Shown one piece after another: positions 45,647 through 56,027 of a stretch of 64,000 bases of DNA. The stretch lies in assembly GCA_963737535.1 (NCBI GenBank), contig CAVTTU010000033.1, positions 44,521-108,520 on the forward strand. Reading direction: 5' to 3'. Under the pieces are notes generated by a model, which saw only the letters and a list, made by a program, of their open reading frames with translations, had not been told where the DNA came from and ran no database searches. The stretch's first letter is position 1, and the number at the start of each line of letters is the position of its first letter. Made by a program: the position numbers and the translations under genes. This DNA comes from an uncultured Solirubrobacterales bacterium. Lineage in GTDB: Bacteria; Actinomycetota; Thermoleophilia; Solirubrobacterales; Solirubrobacteraceae.

Positions 45647-46830
45647 GCGCCGAGCGCACCGCCAGGGCGATCGAGCATCGCTTCGGTCCGTACGGGGGCC
45701 AGTACGTCCCCGAGACGCTGATGCCGGCGCTGGCCGAGCTCGAGGCCGCGTGGGTCGACGCGCGCGACGATCCGGGCTTCCAGGCCGAACTGGGCGGGCT
45801 TCTTCACCGCTACGTGGGGCGTCCGACTCCGCTGTACCGGGCCGCGCGCCTCAGCGAGGCGGCGGGGCACGAGATCTACCTCAAGCGCGAGGATCTCAAC
45901 CACACCGGTGCCCACAAGATCAACAACGCCCTCGGCCAGGCCCTGCTGGCCAAGCGGATGGGCAAGCACCGGATCATCGCCGAGACGGGCGCCGGCCAGC
46001 ACGGGGTGGCGGCGGCCACCGCCTGCGCGCTGCTCGACCTCGAGTGCATGGTCTACATGGGCACCGAGGACATGCGCCGCCAGAAGCCCAACGTCGAGCG
46101 GATGGGACTGCTCGGCGCGACGGTCGAGCCCGTCGAGGCCGGCGCGAGAACGCTCAAGGAGGCCGTGTCGGCGGCGATTCGCGACTGGGTGACCAACGTC
46201 GGCAGCACCCACTACATCATCGGCTCGTGTGTCGGCCCGGCCCCGTATCCGGCGCTCGTCCGCGACCTTCAGCGCGTGATCGGGGACGAGGCGCGGGTCC
46301 AGGTCCTCGAGCAGGTCGGCCGGCTCCCTCAGCGGGTGATCGCCTGCGTCGGCGGCGGCTCGAATTCGATCGGCATATTTATCCCGTTCGTGTCCGACGC
46401 CGAGGTGGAGCTGGTGGGCGTGGAGGCGGCGGGCGAAGGGCTCGAGACCGGACGCCACGGCGCCCCGTTGACGGCGGCGGGCCGGCCCGGCGTGCTGCAC
46501 GGCGCGTTCTCGGCCATCATGCAGGACGAGGACGGCCAGATCCTCGAGGCGCACTCGATCTCGGCCGGGCTCGACTATCCGGGGAGCGGTCCCGAGCACG
46601 CGTGGCTCCGCGACTCGGGCCGGGCGCGCTACCTCGCGGTGTCCGACGATGAGGCCCTCGATGCCTTCGCTCGCACCGCGCGGCTGGAGGGGATCATCCC
46701 CGCGCTCGAGAGCTCGCACGCGCTGGCCTGGTCGATGGCCAATGGACCCAGCGAGCTCGATCTGGTCTGCCTGTCCGGTCGCGGCGACAAGGATCTGGCC
46801 GAGGCCCTCGATCTGCTCAGAGCGCGGTGA
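45643..46830 (+). CDS. trpB: Tryptophan synthase beta chain
   Basis: [34 protein letters not shown] and SGRGDKD motifs. Confidence 0.97.
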   Translation: MSAERTARAIEHRFGPYGGQYVPETLMPALAELEAAWVDARDDPGFQAELGGLLHRYVGRPTPLYRAARLSEAAGHEIYLKREDLNHTGAHKINNALGQALLAKRMGKHRIIAETGAGQHGVAAATACALLDLECMVYMGTEDMRRQKPNVERMGLLGATVEPVEAGARTLKEAVSAAIRDWVTNVGSTHYIIGSCVGPAPYPALVRDLQRVIGDEARVQVLEQVGRLPQRVIACVGGGSNSIGIFIPFVSDAEVELVGVEAAGEGLETGRHGAPLTAAGRPGVLHGAFSAIMQDEDGQILEAHSISAGLDYPGSGPEHAWLRDSGRARYLAVSDDEALDAFARTARLEGIIPALESSHALAWSMANGPSELDLVCLSGRGDKDLAEALDLLRAR

Positions 46831-47636
46831 CCGGCGTCGAGCGAATCGCCACCGCGTTTGAGTCGGCCCGCGCTGACGGGCGGCGGGCCGCGCTGATGCC
46901 TTACCTGATGGGCGGGTTTCCCGACCTCGACACCTCGCGTCGGATCGGGCTGGCGTACGCCGACGCGGGCGCCGATCTGATCGAGCTCGGAGTGCCGTTC
47001 TCCGATCCGCTCGCCGACGGCCCCGTGATCCACGCGGCCGGTACGGCGGCCCTGCGCGCCGGCGCCACCGTGCACGCCGTGCTCGAGGTCGGTCGTGCGG
47101 TCGCCGAGCGCGTCCCAGTCGTGGTGATGTGCTACGCCAACCTGATCTTCACCCGCGGGCTCGAGCGCTTTCTCGACACGCTGCTCGAGGTCGGCGCGAG
47201 CGGGCTGATCGTGCCCGATCTGCCGCTCGAGGAGTCCGGGTCGACACTCGATGCGTGCGACGCGCGCGGGCTGGCGCTGGTGCCACTCGTCGCGCCAACC
47301 ACACCCGGCGAACGGCTCGAGCGCATCGGCGCGCGGGCTCGAGGCTTCGTCTACGCCGTGTCTCTGACCGGGACCACGGGCGAGCGGGCGGGACTCGATG
47401 GCGCGCTGGCCGGGGTGATCGAGCGGACGGCGGCCAGCACCGACGTTCCGGTGGCGGTGGGCTTCGGGATCGGCACACCGGAGCAGGCCGCTCGGGCCGC
47501 GGACGCCGGTGCCGACGGAGTGATCGTGGGCAGCCGCCTGGTTCGTGCTGCCGGCGAGTCGGACGATCCGGCGGCTGCGGTGCACGAGCTGGTTTCGGCC
47601 TTCTCGAGCGCGCTACTCGCGGCTCGGCTGAGTTAG
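46827..47636 (+). CDS. trpA: Tryptophan synthase alpha chain
   Basis: [31 protein letters not shown] and DGVIVGS motifs. Confidence 0.97.
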   Translation: MTGVERIATAFESARADGRRAALMPYLMGGFPDLDTSRRIGLAYADAGADLIELGVPFSDPLADGPVIHAAGTAALRAGATVHAVLEVGRAVAERVPVVVMCYANLIFTRGLERFLDTLLEVGASGLIVPDLPLEESGSTLDACDARGLALVPLVAPTTPGERLERIGARARGFVYAVSLTGTTGERAGLDGALAGVIERTAASTDVPVAVGFGIGTPEQAARAADAGADGVIVGSRLVRAAGESDDPAAAVHELVSAFSSALLAARLS

Positions 47637-47645
47637 GATCCTTCG

Positions 47646-47811
47646 ATGGGCTTGATTCTCACCGCCACCGCCGGGCTGTGCCTGTGGATCGTCATCTGGG
47701 CGCTCAACGTGAGTGGCTTTGACGCGATCTGGAATCGCCATCTTGATGGTGCTGATCGCGATCGGGGTCCGGAACCTGCTCCCGTACCTGCCTGGCCGGC
47801 GGCAGGATTAG
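47646..47811 (+). CDS. Small 2-TM membrane protein; apparent 1-nt frameshift at ~47730
   Basis: Reconstructed MGLILTATAGLCLWIVIWALNVSGFDAI.IAILMVLIAIGVRNLLPYLPGRRQD; TAGGAT 6 nt before ATG. Confidence 0.6.
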
Positions 47812-47821
47812 CTCCACACGG

Positions 47822-49042
47822 ATGCGCCCCTCGGTTCGGGCCGGCTGGCTAACCCGCCAGGCGGGAAAACGGCGAGTCGAAGCCGCGCGTGGCCGTCGAA
47901 GGATGACGGCGGTGGGCGGGGCGGTCGCCCTGTGCCTTGCCGTGGCCGGCTGCGGGGTGGCCAGCAGTTCGAGCGTGACGGCGAAGGGCAACACGCTGGT
48001 CATCTACGTGAGCGCTCCGGCGAATCTCGCCAACTCCACGTCGGCGCAGGATGTGCTCGATGCCGAAGCGCTCGCCTTCTCCCAGCAGGGCGGCCAGATC
48101 GGGACCTTCAAGCTGCGGATGGTCAAACTGACGGCCGGCAAGGTATCGGACAACGCTCGCTCCGCGATCCAGAACACCAGTTCGATCGCCTATCTGGGCG
48201 AGATTCCGCCGGGGCTGTCCGCGGACTCGCTGGGGATCACCAACGGCCAGGATCTGCTTCAGGTCACGCCGACCGACACCGCGCTCGAGTTGACCCAGGC
48301 CACGGCGGCCGTGCCGGGCTCGCCCGACAACTACTACGAGTCACTGAAGACGTACGGCCGCACGTTCGCGCGCGTCGTTCCGACGACTGCGCTGGAGGCC
48401 AAGGCGCAGGTCCAGGAGATGCAGTCCCTGGGCGTGAGGAACCTGTACGTGAACAGTGACGGCAGCGCCTACGGGGCGACGGTGGCGCTGGCGGTCAAGA
48501 ACGACGCCTCGGCAGCCGGGATCACGCTGGCGCAGGCCGCGAGTGGAGCCGACGCGATGTTCTACGGCGCTTCGTCCGACGCCGCGGCGGAGCACGCGTT
48601 CAACGCCGCGGTGAGCTCGAGCCCGTCGCTCAAGCTGTTCGCGCCCTCGGCCGTCGACGACCCAACGTTCGCGTCGGGACTCTCGCCGGCCGCGCGCAGC
48701 GTCTACGTGTCCTCGCCCGGATTCCTGCCCTCGGACCTGCCCGCCGAGGGCAAGCAGTTCGTGAACGCCTTCACGGCGGCGTACCACCGCGCTCCGTCGC
48801 TCGAGGCGGTGTTCGGGTATGAGGCCATGCAGGCGGTGTTCTACGCGCTGACCAAGGCGGGGTCATCGGCCAACAACCGGAGCGCCGTGGTCCGCAACTT
48901 CTTCGGGATCCGGAACCGAAGCTCGGCGTTGGGCACCTACTCGATCAACTCCGACGGGGACACAAACATCGGCCCGTTCGTCTTCAGCCGCCTGCGGGCG
49001 GGAAAGCTCGTGCCGTTCAAGTCCCTGCAAGTGCAGGGGTGA
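47822..49042 (+). CDS. Liv-type ABC substrate-binding lipoprotein, paralog 1 (divergent)
   Basis: Lipobox LAVAGC; PGSPDNYY..RTFARVVP, GYEAM and LGTYSINSDGDT motifs. Confidence 0.8.
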   Translation: MRPSVRAGWLTRQAGKRRVEAARGRRRMTAVGGAVALCLAVAGCGVASSSSVTAKGNTLVIYVSAPANLANSTSAQDVLDAEALAFSQQGGQIGTFKLRMVKLTAGKVSDNARSAIQNTSSIAYLGEIPPGLSADSLGITNGQDLLQVTPTDTALELTQATAAVPGSPDNYYESLKTYGRTFARVVPTTALEAKAQVQEMQSLGVRNLYVNSDGSAYGATVALAVKNDASAAGITLAQAASGADAMFYGASSDAAAEHAFNAAVSSSPSLKLFAPSAVDDPTFASGLSPAARSVYVSSPGFLPSDLPAEGKQFVNAFTAAYHRAPSLEAVFGYEAMQAVFYALTKAGSSANNRSAVVRNFFGIRNRSSALGTYSINSDGDTNIGPFVFSRLRAGKLVPFKSLQVQG

Positions 49043-50283
49043 CGCGCGCCGCCGCCGCGGTCCTGCTGGCCCTCGCCGGCGCCACCGTTCTGTCGGGCTG
49101 CGGCAGCCACGACAGCACCCAGAAGGAGATCGGCGGCGGCAGGCTCACGATCTACGCCGGCGTCCCCCTGAACGGGCCCTCGTCGGCCAGTGGTAAGGCG
49201 GTCATCCACGGCGCAACCCTGGCCCTCTCGGACGTGCACGGCCGCATCGGCCGCTACCACATCGTGTTCAGGCCGTTGAACGACGCAACGACGGCGCGAG
49301 GTGAATGGGATCCCGGCCAGACCACGGTCAACCTTCGGCTGGTCAGTCGCGACGCCACGACAATCGGCTATGTCGGCGACCTCAATTCGGGAGCCAGCGC
49401 CGTCTCGATCCCGGTGCTCAACCGGCTCGACATCCCCCAGATCAGCCCCTACAGCAGTGCGGTGGGGCTTACCTCAGCAGATCCGGGGGCGTCGCCGGGA
49501 GAGCCGCAGAAGTACTACCCGACCGGCATCAGGACGTTTGCCAGGGTGATCCCGAACGACCTCATCCAGGCCGAGGTTCAGGTCACGCTGCAGCGGAGCT
49601 CCGGGTGTCGCAACAGCTATGTCATCGACGACGGGGAGTTCGACGGCGAGGAGATGGCCACCAGCTTTGAGCTGGCGGCGCGCGCGGCCGGTCTGCCGGT
49701 CCTCGGCGTCCAGGCGTTCCCGCCGAACGCGCCGGATTACCGACCGTTCGCCGCCAGCGTGGCCAGCGCGAAACCCGAATGCCTGCTGATCAGCGCGATC
49801 ACCGGTTCCGGGGCCGTCGGGGTGACCCGGCAGCTGGCGGCGGCGTTGCCGGAGGCGATGATCTTCGCCACCAAGGGGCTGGCCGAGAGCACGTTCACCG
49901 ACCCCAGCCAGGGCGGGATCCCCACGAGCCTCGACTCTCGGCTGCTGTTCACGGCGCCTGCCGACGGGCCTGGCCTTGCGCCCGCGGCGGCGCGCGCCTT
50001 CTACGCGCGCTACCGCCACCGCTACGGCCCCCCCGAGCTGTCCGCGATCTACGGCTACGAGGCGATGAGCCTGATGCTGAGCGCGATCGCCACCGCTACG
50101 CACGACGGCAAGCGCGATGTCCGGCGCTCGGAGGTGCTGGCGGCGATCTTCGACACGCGCGATCGCCACAGCGTTCTCGGCGCGTACAGCATCGAACGAG
50201 ACGGCGATACCACGATCCACCGGTATGGGGTGTATGTCGTGCGCAACGGGGTGCTGCGCTTTTGGAAGACGCTCCACGGTTGA
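49039..50283 (+). CDS. Liv-type ABC substrate-binding lipoprotein, paralog 2
   Basis: Lipobox VLSGC; GDLNSG, PGEPQKYYPTG.RTFARV and YGYEAM motifs. Confidence 0.85.
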   Translation: MTRAAAAVLLALAGATVLSGCGSHDSTQKEIGGGRLTIYAGVPLNGPSSASGKAVIHGATLALSDVHGRIGRYHIVFRPLNDATTARGEWDPGQTTVNLRLVSRDATTIGYVGDLNSGASAVSIPVLNRLDIPQISPYSSAVGLTSADPGASPGEPQKYYPTGIRTFARVIPNDLIQAEVQVTLQRSSGCRNSYVIDDGEFDGEEMATSFELAARAAGLPVLGVQAFPPNAPDYRPFAASVASAKPECLLISAITGSGAVGVTRQLAAALPEAMIFATKGLAESTFTDPSQGGIPTSLDSRLLFTAPADGPGLAPAAARAFYARYRHRYGPPELSAIYGYEAMSLMLSAIATATHDGKRDVRRSEVLAAIFDTRDRHSVLGAYSIERDGDTTIHRYGVYVVRNGVLRFWKTLHG

Positions 50284-50421
50284 GCTGCGTTTAGGCTCCG
50301 TCCGTGGGCGATTGACGTTGCGTTAGGCACGCCTGGCAGCGTCTTGCTGAGGTCCGAGGCCGGCATTAGTCTGCCGGAACCGGGACCACGAGAGTCCGGC
50401 AGCGACACGTAGAGGAGGAGC

Positions 50422-51717
50422 ATGCGTTATCTCGGCAAAGCCGTGGCAGGATGCCTCATTGTGGGGACGGTGTTAGTTCTCGCCGCCTGCGGCAGCAGCA
50501 GTAGCAGTAGCAGCAGCAGCAGCAGCGGGGCCTCGAGCAGCAGCGGCGGCTCCAACACGATCGACATCTACTCGGACCTCCCGCTCAAGGGGGCGGTCAA
50601 CGCGCAGACGATTCCGGCGCTGAATGGTGAAAAGCTTGCGCTCTCTCAGGCGGGCTACAAGGCGGGTCAATTCAAGGTCAACTTCATCTCGATGGACGAT
50701 TCGACCGCGACCTCGCCGACCAACTACGACCTCAATGTCTGCCAGGCCGATGCCCGCAAGGCGGCGACCGACTCGAAGGCCGTCTACTTGGTCGGGCCGT
50801 TCAACTCCGGCTGCGCCGAGGTCGAGATCCCAATCACCAACCAAGTCGGGCTTCCGCAGGTCAGCCCCGCGAACACGTACCCCGGATTGACCACCAGTGA
50901 TCCGGGAACCTCGCCCGGCGAGCCACAGAAGTACTATCCGACCGGCAAGCGGACATACCTCCGGATCGTTCCCCGCGACACGATCCAGGGCATCGCAGGT
51001 CTGGTCGCGATGAAGCAGGCAGGCTGCACGCGGGTTGCTGTCGCCAACGACAAGACGCCGTACGGCGTGGGCCTCGCTACGCAGATCGTGCTGCACCACG
51101 GCGATAACGGGATCACGCTGGCGGGCAACAATGGATCAAGCGGCACGGGACTCGACCCGACGGCGCCCAACTACCGTGCGTACGCGTCGTCGCTCAAGCC
51201 GGCCGGTGTCAACTGCGTGTACACAGGCTTCAACCCGCCGGGCGAGGTGGAGCTGGTCAAGGACATCAACGCCGCGGTCCCGACCGCCAAGATCTTCGGC
51301 GGCGACGGCGTCTGCTCCAGCGGGGAGACCAATCCGGCCAAGGGCGGGTTCCCCGCGAGCATCGCGCCGCTATTCCACTGCACCCAGGCGGCGCGGGGCC
51401 TTCTCTCCTATCCAGGAGGAAAGACGTTCGCTGACGCCTACAAGGCCAAGTACGGGACCGCGGTTAGCGCCATCGACCCATACGCGATCTATGGGTACGA
51501 TGCGATGAAGCTCGGGCTGGACACGATCGCGAAGCTCGGGGCTAAGGGCAACGATCGGGCGGCGATCCTCGCCGCGCTGTTCGCGACCAAGGGCTATCAA
51601 GGCGCGACCGGGACCTACGGGTTCGACAGCAACGGCGACACGACCCTGAAGCAATACGGCCTCTACAAGGTCGGCTCGGACGGCAATCCGGAGTACGTGA
51701 AGTCGATCACCGGCTAG
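50422..51717 (+). CDS. Liv-type ABC substrate-binding lipoprotein, paralog 3 (LivK/LivJ-like)
   Basis: SD GAGGAGG; lipobox LAAC plus poly-Ser linker; GPFNSG, SPANT, DKTPYG.G and YGYDA motifs. Confidence 0.9.
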   Translation: MRYLGKAVAGCLIVGTVLVLAACGSSSSSSSSSSSGASSSSGGSNTIDIYSDLPLKGAVNAQTIPALNGEKLALSQAGYKAGQFKVNFISMDDSTATSPTNYDLNVCQADARKAATDSKAVYLVGPFNSGCAEVEIPITNQVGLPQVSPANTYPGLTTSDPGTSPGEPQKYYPTGKRTYLRIVPRDTIQGIAGLVAMKQAGCTRVAVANDKTPYGVGLATQIVLHHGDNGITLAGNNGSSGTGLDPTAPNYRAYASSLKPAGVNCVYTGFNPPGEVELVKDINAAVPTAKIFGGDGVCSSGETNPAKGGFPASIAPLFHCTQAARGLLSYPGGKTFADAYKAKYGTAVSAIDPYAIYGYDAMKLGLDTIAKLGAKGNDRAAILAALFATKGYQGATGTYGFDSNGDTTLKQYGLYKVGSDGNPEYVKSITG

Positions 51718-51730
51718 GGCCCACCGTAAA

Positions 51731-51762
51731 CGGAGCGGGGCCGTTGCCGCGGCCCCACTCCG
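51731..51762 (+). terminator. Stem-loop between SBP and permease genes
   Basis: CGGAGCGGGGCCG-ttgccg-CGGCCCCACTCCG. Confidence 0.6.
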
Positions 51763-51775
51763 GGTATAGGCTCGC

Positions 51776-52894
51776 ATGATGGAAGCCGACTCGGTCGCTC
51801 GTAAGGCCACTTCGCCAGTTGGAAGATCCGCGCTGCTGGCGGTGCGGCGCTTCGCCGGACGCTGGGGATTGATCATTGCCCTAGCCGCGCTGCCCGTCTA
51901 CTACGCCGTTCACGACCTCGTATCGGGTTATCCGGCGTTCGTCAATGGACACGCGACGACGACCCACGACCTGTCGTACATCGGGACCAACCTTTTTCAG
52001 GGCATCTCGAATGGCGCGATCTGGGCGCTGATCGCGATCGGCTACACGCTCGTCTACGGGATCATCGAGCTGATCAACTTCGCTCACGGCGACGTGTTCA
52101 TGATCGGCTCGTTGACCGCCGCCGGTGTTCTGGGCAGGATCGGGCTGAGTCTGGCGACGGGGCCGCTCGGGATCGTGATCTTTGGCTCGGCGTCACGCTG
52201 CTCGTCTCGATGATCGTCTGCGGCGCGCTGAACGTGCTGATCGAGCGTGTCGGCTACCGGCCGCTCCGCGGCGCGCCAAAGCTCGCGCCGCTGATCACCG
52301 CGGTCGGGTTCTCGTTCATCCTCCAGAACGTCGGGCTGCTGTGGATCGGCGGCCGCCGCAGGGCGTCTCAGACCTGATCCACTCGGAACGACACGTGTTC
52401 ACGATTTCCGGGGTCGCCGTCCGTCGCGCGCGACGTGCTCGCCATCGGCGTAACCGTGCCGCTGGTGATCCTGCTGACCTGGTTCGTCGGCGCGCACGCG
52501 GCTGGGCAAGGCGATGCGCGCCACCGCCCAGGATCCCGAGGCCGCGCGGCTGATGGGCATCAACGTCGACACGACGATCTCGCTGACGTTCCTGCTCGGA
52601 GGGGCTGCTCGCCGGCGCCGCCGGGCTCATCTACGCCCTCTACGAGACCGACGCCTCCTTCTTCCAGGGCTTCCAGGCGGGACTGATCGCGTTCACCGCC
52701 GCGGTCATGGGCGGGATCGGCAACATCCGCGGCGCGGTGCTCGGCGGGCTCATCATCGGCGTCATCCAGCAGATCTCGCGACACCCGCATCGGCCCACCT
52801 GGACGCCCGGTGATCGTGTTCGGCTACCTGATGGTGATCATGGTCCTGCGGCCGCAGCGGGCTGCTCGGCGAGGAGACCAGGGAGGCCGGATGA
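51776..52894 (+). CDS. livH: Branched-chain amino acid ABC permease LivH; multiple apparent frameshifts
   Basis: ALIAIGYTLVYGIIELINFAHGD, MRATAQD.EAARLMGIN and GGIGNI.GA motifs in pieces. Confidence 0.8.
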
Positions 52895-54056
52895 GCGAGC
52901 TGCTCGCGTCAGTTGCCGCGAATGGCGGCGGCGATCGCAACGCAGGCTGCCGACCGTGGTGGTCCCGCGCCGCTGGCTCGCGTGCTGCATCGCGATCTCT
53001 GGTCGATCCTGCTCGCCGTTCGTTCTTGACACGCGAGCAACTTCGTCGACAGCGAGATCGACTGTCGCTGGCCTACGTCGTGTTCGCGCTCGGCCTGAAC
53101 ATCGTCGTCGGCTTCGCCGGGCTGCTCGACCTCGGGTACGTCGCGTTCTTCGCGCTCGGCGCGTACGCGTTGGGCTGGCTCGGCTCGGGCTTCTTCTACC
53201 AAGGCCAGTATGCACGTGCTCGTAGTCGGCCTCACGGCTCGCTTCCCGGGCATCCACCTGAACTTCGTCCTGATCCTGATCGCGCCGGCGCTGTTGGCCG
53301 CATTCGCCGGCGCGATCATCGGCGTGCCGACGCTGCGACTGCGCGGCGACTACATCGCGATCGTGACGCTCGCGTTCGGCGAGATCATCCGGCGTGTCGC
53401 GATCAACGGACCACCGGATCAAGGTCTACGGGATGCCGCTGACCGCCGGCGAGCTCGGGCATCAGCGGCATCGACGCCACCATACCTGCCGGGGATCGGC
53501 ACGTTCTCCAGCTCAACCTGAGACCCTGGTACTGGGACGATCTTCGCGCTCGTCCTGCTCGTCGCTGTTCGTCAACTTCCGCGTGCGCGACTCGCGCCTC
53601 GGGCGCGCCTGGATCGCGCTGCGCGAGGACGAGGTCGCGGCCGTCTCGATGGGCATTCCGCTCGTCAAGACCAAGCTGCTCGCCTACGCGACTGGGCGCC
53701 GCGTTCGGCGGCATCGCCGGCGCCTTCCTGGGCGCCTACACGCACACTGGTCAATGCCGACGAGTTCCAGTTCGGCTTCTCGATCTTCGTTCTCGCGATG
53801 GTGATCCTCGGCGGCCTGGGCTCGATCTGGGGGGTGGTGGTCGGCGCGCTGCTGCTCGCCAACATCAACCACTATCTGATCCCGGACGTGCTCGTACGGC
53901 ATCCCGCGCAACCTCGGCCTCAACTTCAACCTCACCGAGCTCCGGTCGAGCATCTTCGGCTTCCTGCTGGTGATCATGATGGTGCTGCGCCCGCAGGGCC
54001 TGATCCCTGAGCGACGGCGCGAGCTCGAGCTGTCCAGGCATCGGCGACCGAGCTGA
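52891..54056 (+). CDS. livM: Branched-chain amino acid ABC permease LivM; multiple apparent frameshifts, end approximate
   Basis: [52 protein letters not shown] and [10 protein letters not shown] motifs. Confidence 0.8.
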
Positions 54057-54109
54057 GGGCCCGGCGCGGCGTGGGCGCGTGCGCCGGGGGAGGCGGCGAC
54101 GCGAGCGTC

Positions 54110-54926
54110 AGGCGCCGCCCGCCGCCGACGGCCGCCGCCACCGGGCCGGCGATCCTCGCGCGCCGAAGACGTGTCCAAGGACTTCGGCGGCCTGCGTGGC
54201 GGTCAACGACGTCTCGATCGAGATCCCGCTGAAGTCGATCGTCTCGATCATCGGACCCAACGGCGCCGGCAAGACGACGTTCTTCAACATGCTCACCGGG
54301 CTCTACAAGCCGACCAGCGGGCGGATCGTGTTCGCCGGCCGCGACATCACCGCAGATCCGCCCCGACCTGATCACGGGCCTGGGCGTGGCCCGGACGTTC
54401 CAGAACATCCGGCTGTTCGGCGCGATGACCGCGCTCGAGAACGTGATGGTCGGGCGAGCACTGCCGGATGCGAGCCGGGCTGTTCGGTGTCGGTCCTGCG
54501 CGCTCCCGCGGGTGCGCGCGGAGGAGAGGGCGGTCCGAGAGAAGGCGCGCGAGGCGCTCGCCTACGTCGGTCTGAAGCCAGAGCAGTTCGGGCAGCTCGC
54601 GATCAACCTCGCCTACGGCGACCAGCGCCGGGTCGAGATCGCGCGCGCGCTGGCGTCCGAGCCGAAGCTGCTGCTGCTCGACGAGCCGACCGCCGGCATG
54701 AACCCGCAGGAGTCCGACGGCGCTGACCGACGTTCATGCGCAAGCTGCGCGACGAACTCGAGCTCACGATCCTGCTCATCGAGCACGACATGAAGGTCGT
54801 CATGGGCGTCTCGGAGCGCGATCACCGTGCTCGACCACGGCGAGAAGATCGCCGAGGGGCGCCCGGCCGAGGTCCGCGGCGAACCCGCGCGTGATCGAGG
54901 CCTATCTCGGAAGAAGCAGGAGCTGA
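54110..54926 (+). CDS. livG: ABC ATPase LivG; multiple apparent frameshifts, start approximate
   Basis: [41 protein letters not shown] and IEHDM motifs. Confidence 0.8.
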
Positions 54927-55638
54927 TGGCGCTCCTCGAGGTCGAGGACATCCACACCTTCTACGGCAGCGATCGAGGCGCTGCAAGGGCGTCTCGCTGA
55001 AGGTCGAGGAGGGCGAGGTCGTGACGCTGATCGGGTCCAACGGCGCCGGCAAGTCGACGACCCTGCGCTCGATCACGGGCCTCACTCCCGCCGCGCGCGG
55101 GTAAGGTCGTATTCGCCGGCGAGGAGATCACGCGCGTGCCCGGCCCACGAGATCGTCAGCCGCGGGATCGCGCTGTCGCCCGAGGGGCGCCACTGCTTCC
55201 CGCGGATGACCGTCCGCGAGAACCTCGATCTCGGGGCGTATCGGCGCCGCGGAGATGGAGATCAGCGAAGATCTCGAGCGCGTGTTCGAGCTGTTCCCGC
55301 GGCTGAAGGAGCGCGAGCGCCAGAAGGCGGGCACGATGTCAGGCGGCGAGCAGCAGATGCTCGCGATCGGCCGGGCGCTGATGACCCGCCCGCGCTGCTG
55401 CTGCTCGACGAGCCCTCGATGGGCATCGCCCCGATTCTCGTGCAGCGGATCTACGAGACGATCGGCGAGATCAACCGCTCGGGCGTAGCGATGCTGCTCG
55501 TCGAGCAGAACGCCAACTACGCGCTCGAGATTTCCAGGCGCGGGTACGTGCTCGAGACCGGGCGCGATTGTGCTTTCTGGCCAGTCTTCCACGCTCCGCG
55601 ACAACCCCGAAGTCCAGCGAGCCTACCTGGGGACCTGA
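54926..55638 (+). CDS. livF: ABC ATPase LivF; multiple apparent frameshifts
   Basis: [37 protein letters not shown] and VEQN motifs. Confidence 0.82.
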
Positions 55639-55880
55639 TGGTGATCTTCGCAACCCTTGGCGCCACTGGGCTCTACCTGCTGTTCGTATGGCTGATCTCC
55701 GCCGCCGTCGCGTCCTGGTTAACCGCCCGTAAGGGCTATGGCGAGCGCCTCGGGCTCGCATTCGGATTGTTGCTATCCGCGATCGGGCTCTTGCTGGCGC
55801 TGTTGTTGCCTGGCCGTCCGGGCTCGACCTGGAAGGTGGACGGGCCCCTGCCCCGGCGGCGGCGTAGCCGTCCGCAGTAG
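55638..55880 (+). CDS. Small 2-TM membrane protein
   Basis: TGATG overlap with livF; [19 protein letters not shown]...RKGYGERLGLAFGLLL. Confidence 0.65.
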   Translation: MVIFATLGATGLYLLFVWLISAAVASWLTARKGYGERLGLAFGLLLSAIGLLLALLLPGRPGSTWKVDGPLPRRRRSRPQ

Positions 55881-56027
55881 CGCAGGGCCGGAGCAAATCA
55901 GTTCCGCACTCCCGGAAGGATCCGAAACTCCTCCGTCTCGACCGTGATATCGCGGATCGTGTGCCGACCCTCGACCCTGCACCACGACCAGGCAAAACCG
56001 CCCGGCCGCGAGCTAGGCTCACACTAG

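Noticed and set aside
50494-50545. (AGC)n microsatellite
   Set aside because: Ordinary poly-Ser linker after a lipoprotein Cys.
55881-56027. Possible structured RNA before polA
   Set aside because: Only short stems (GCAGGGCCG/CGACCCTGC, CCGTGATATCGCGG); no recognisable family and compatible with chance at this GC content.
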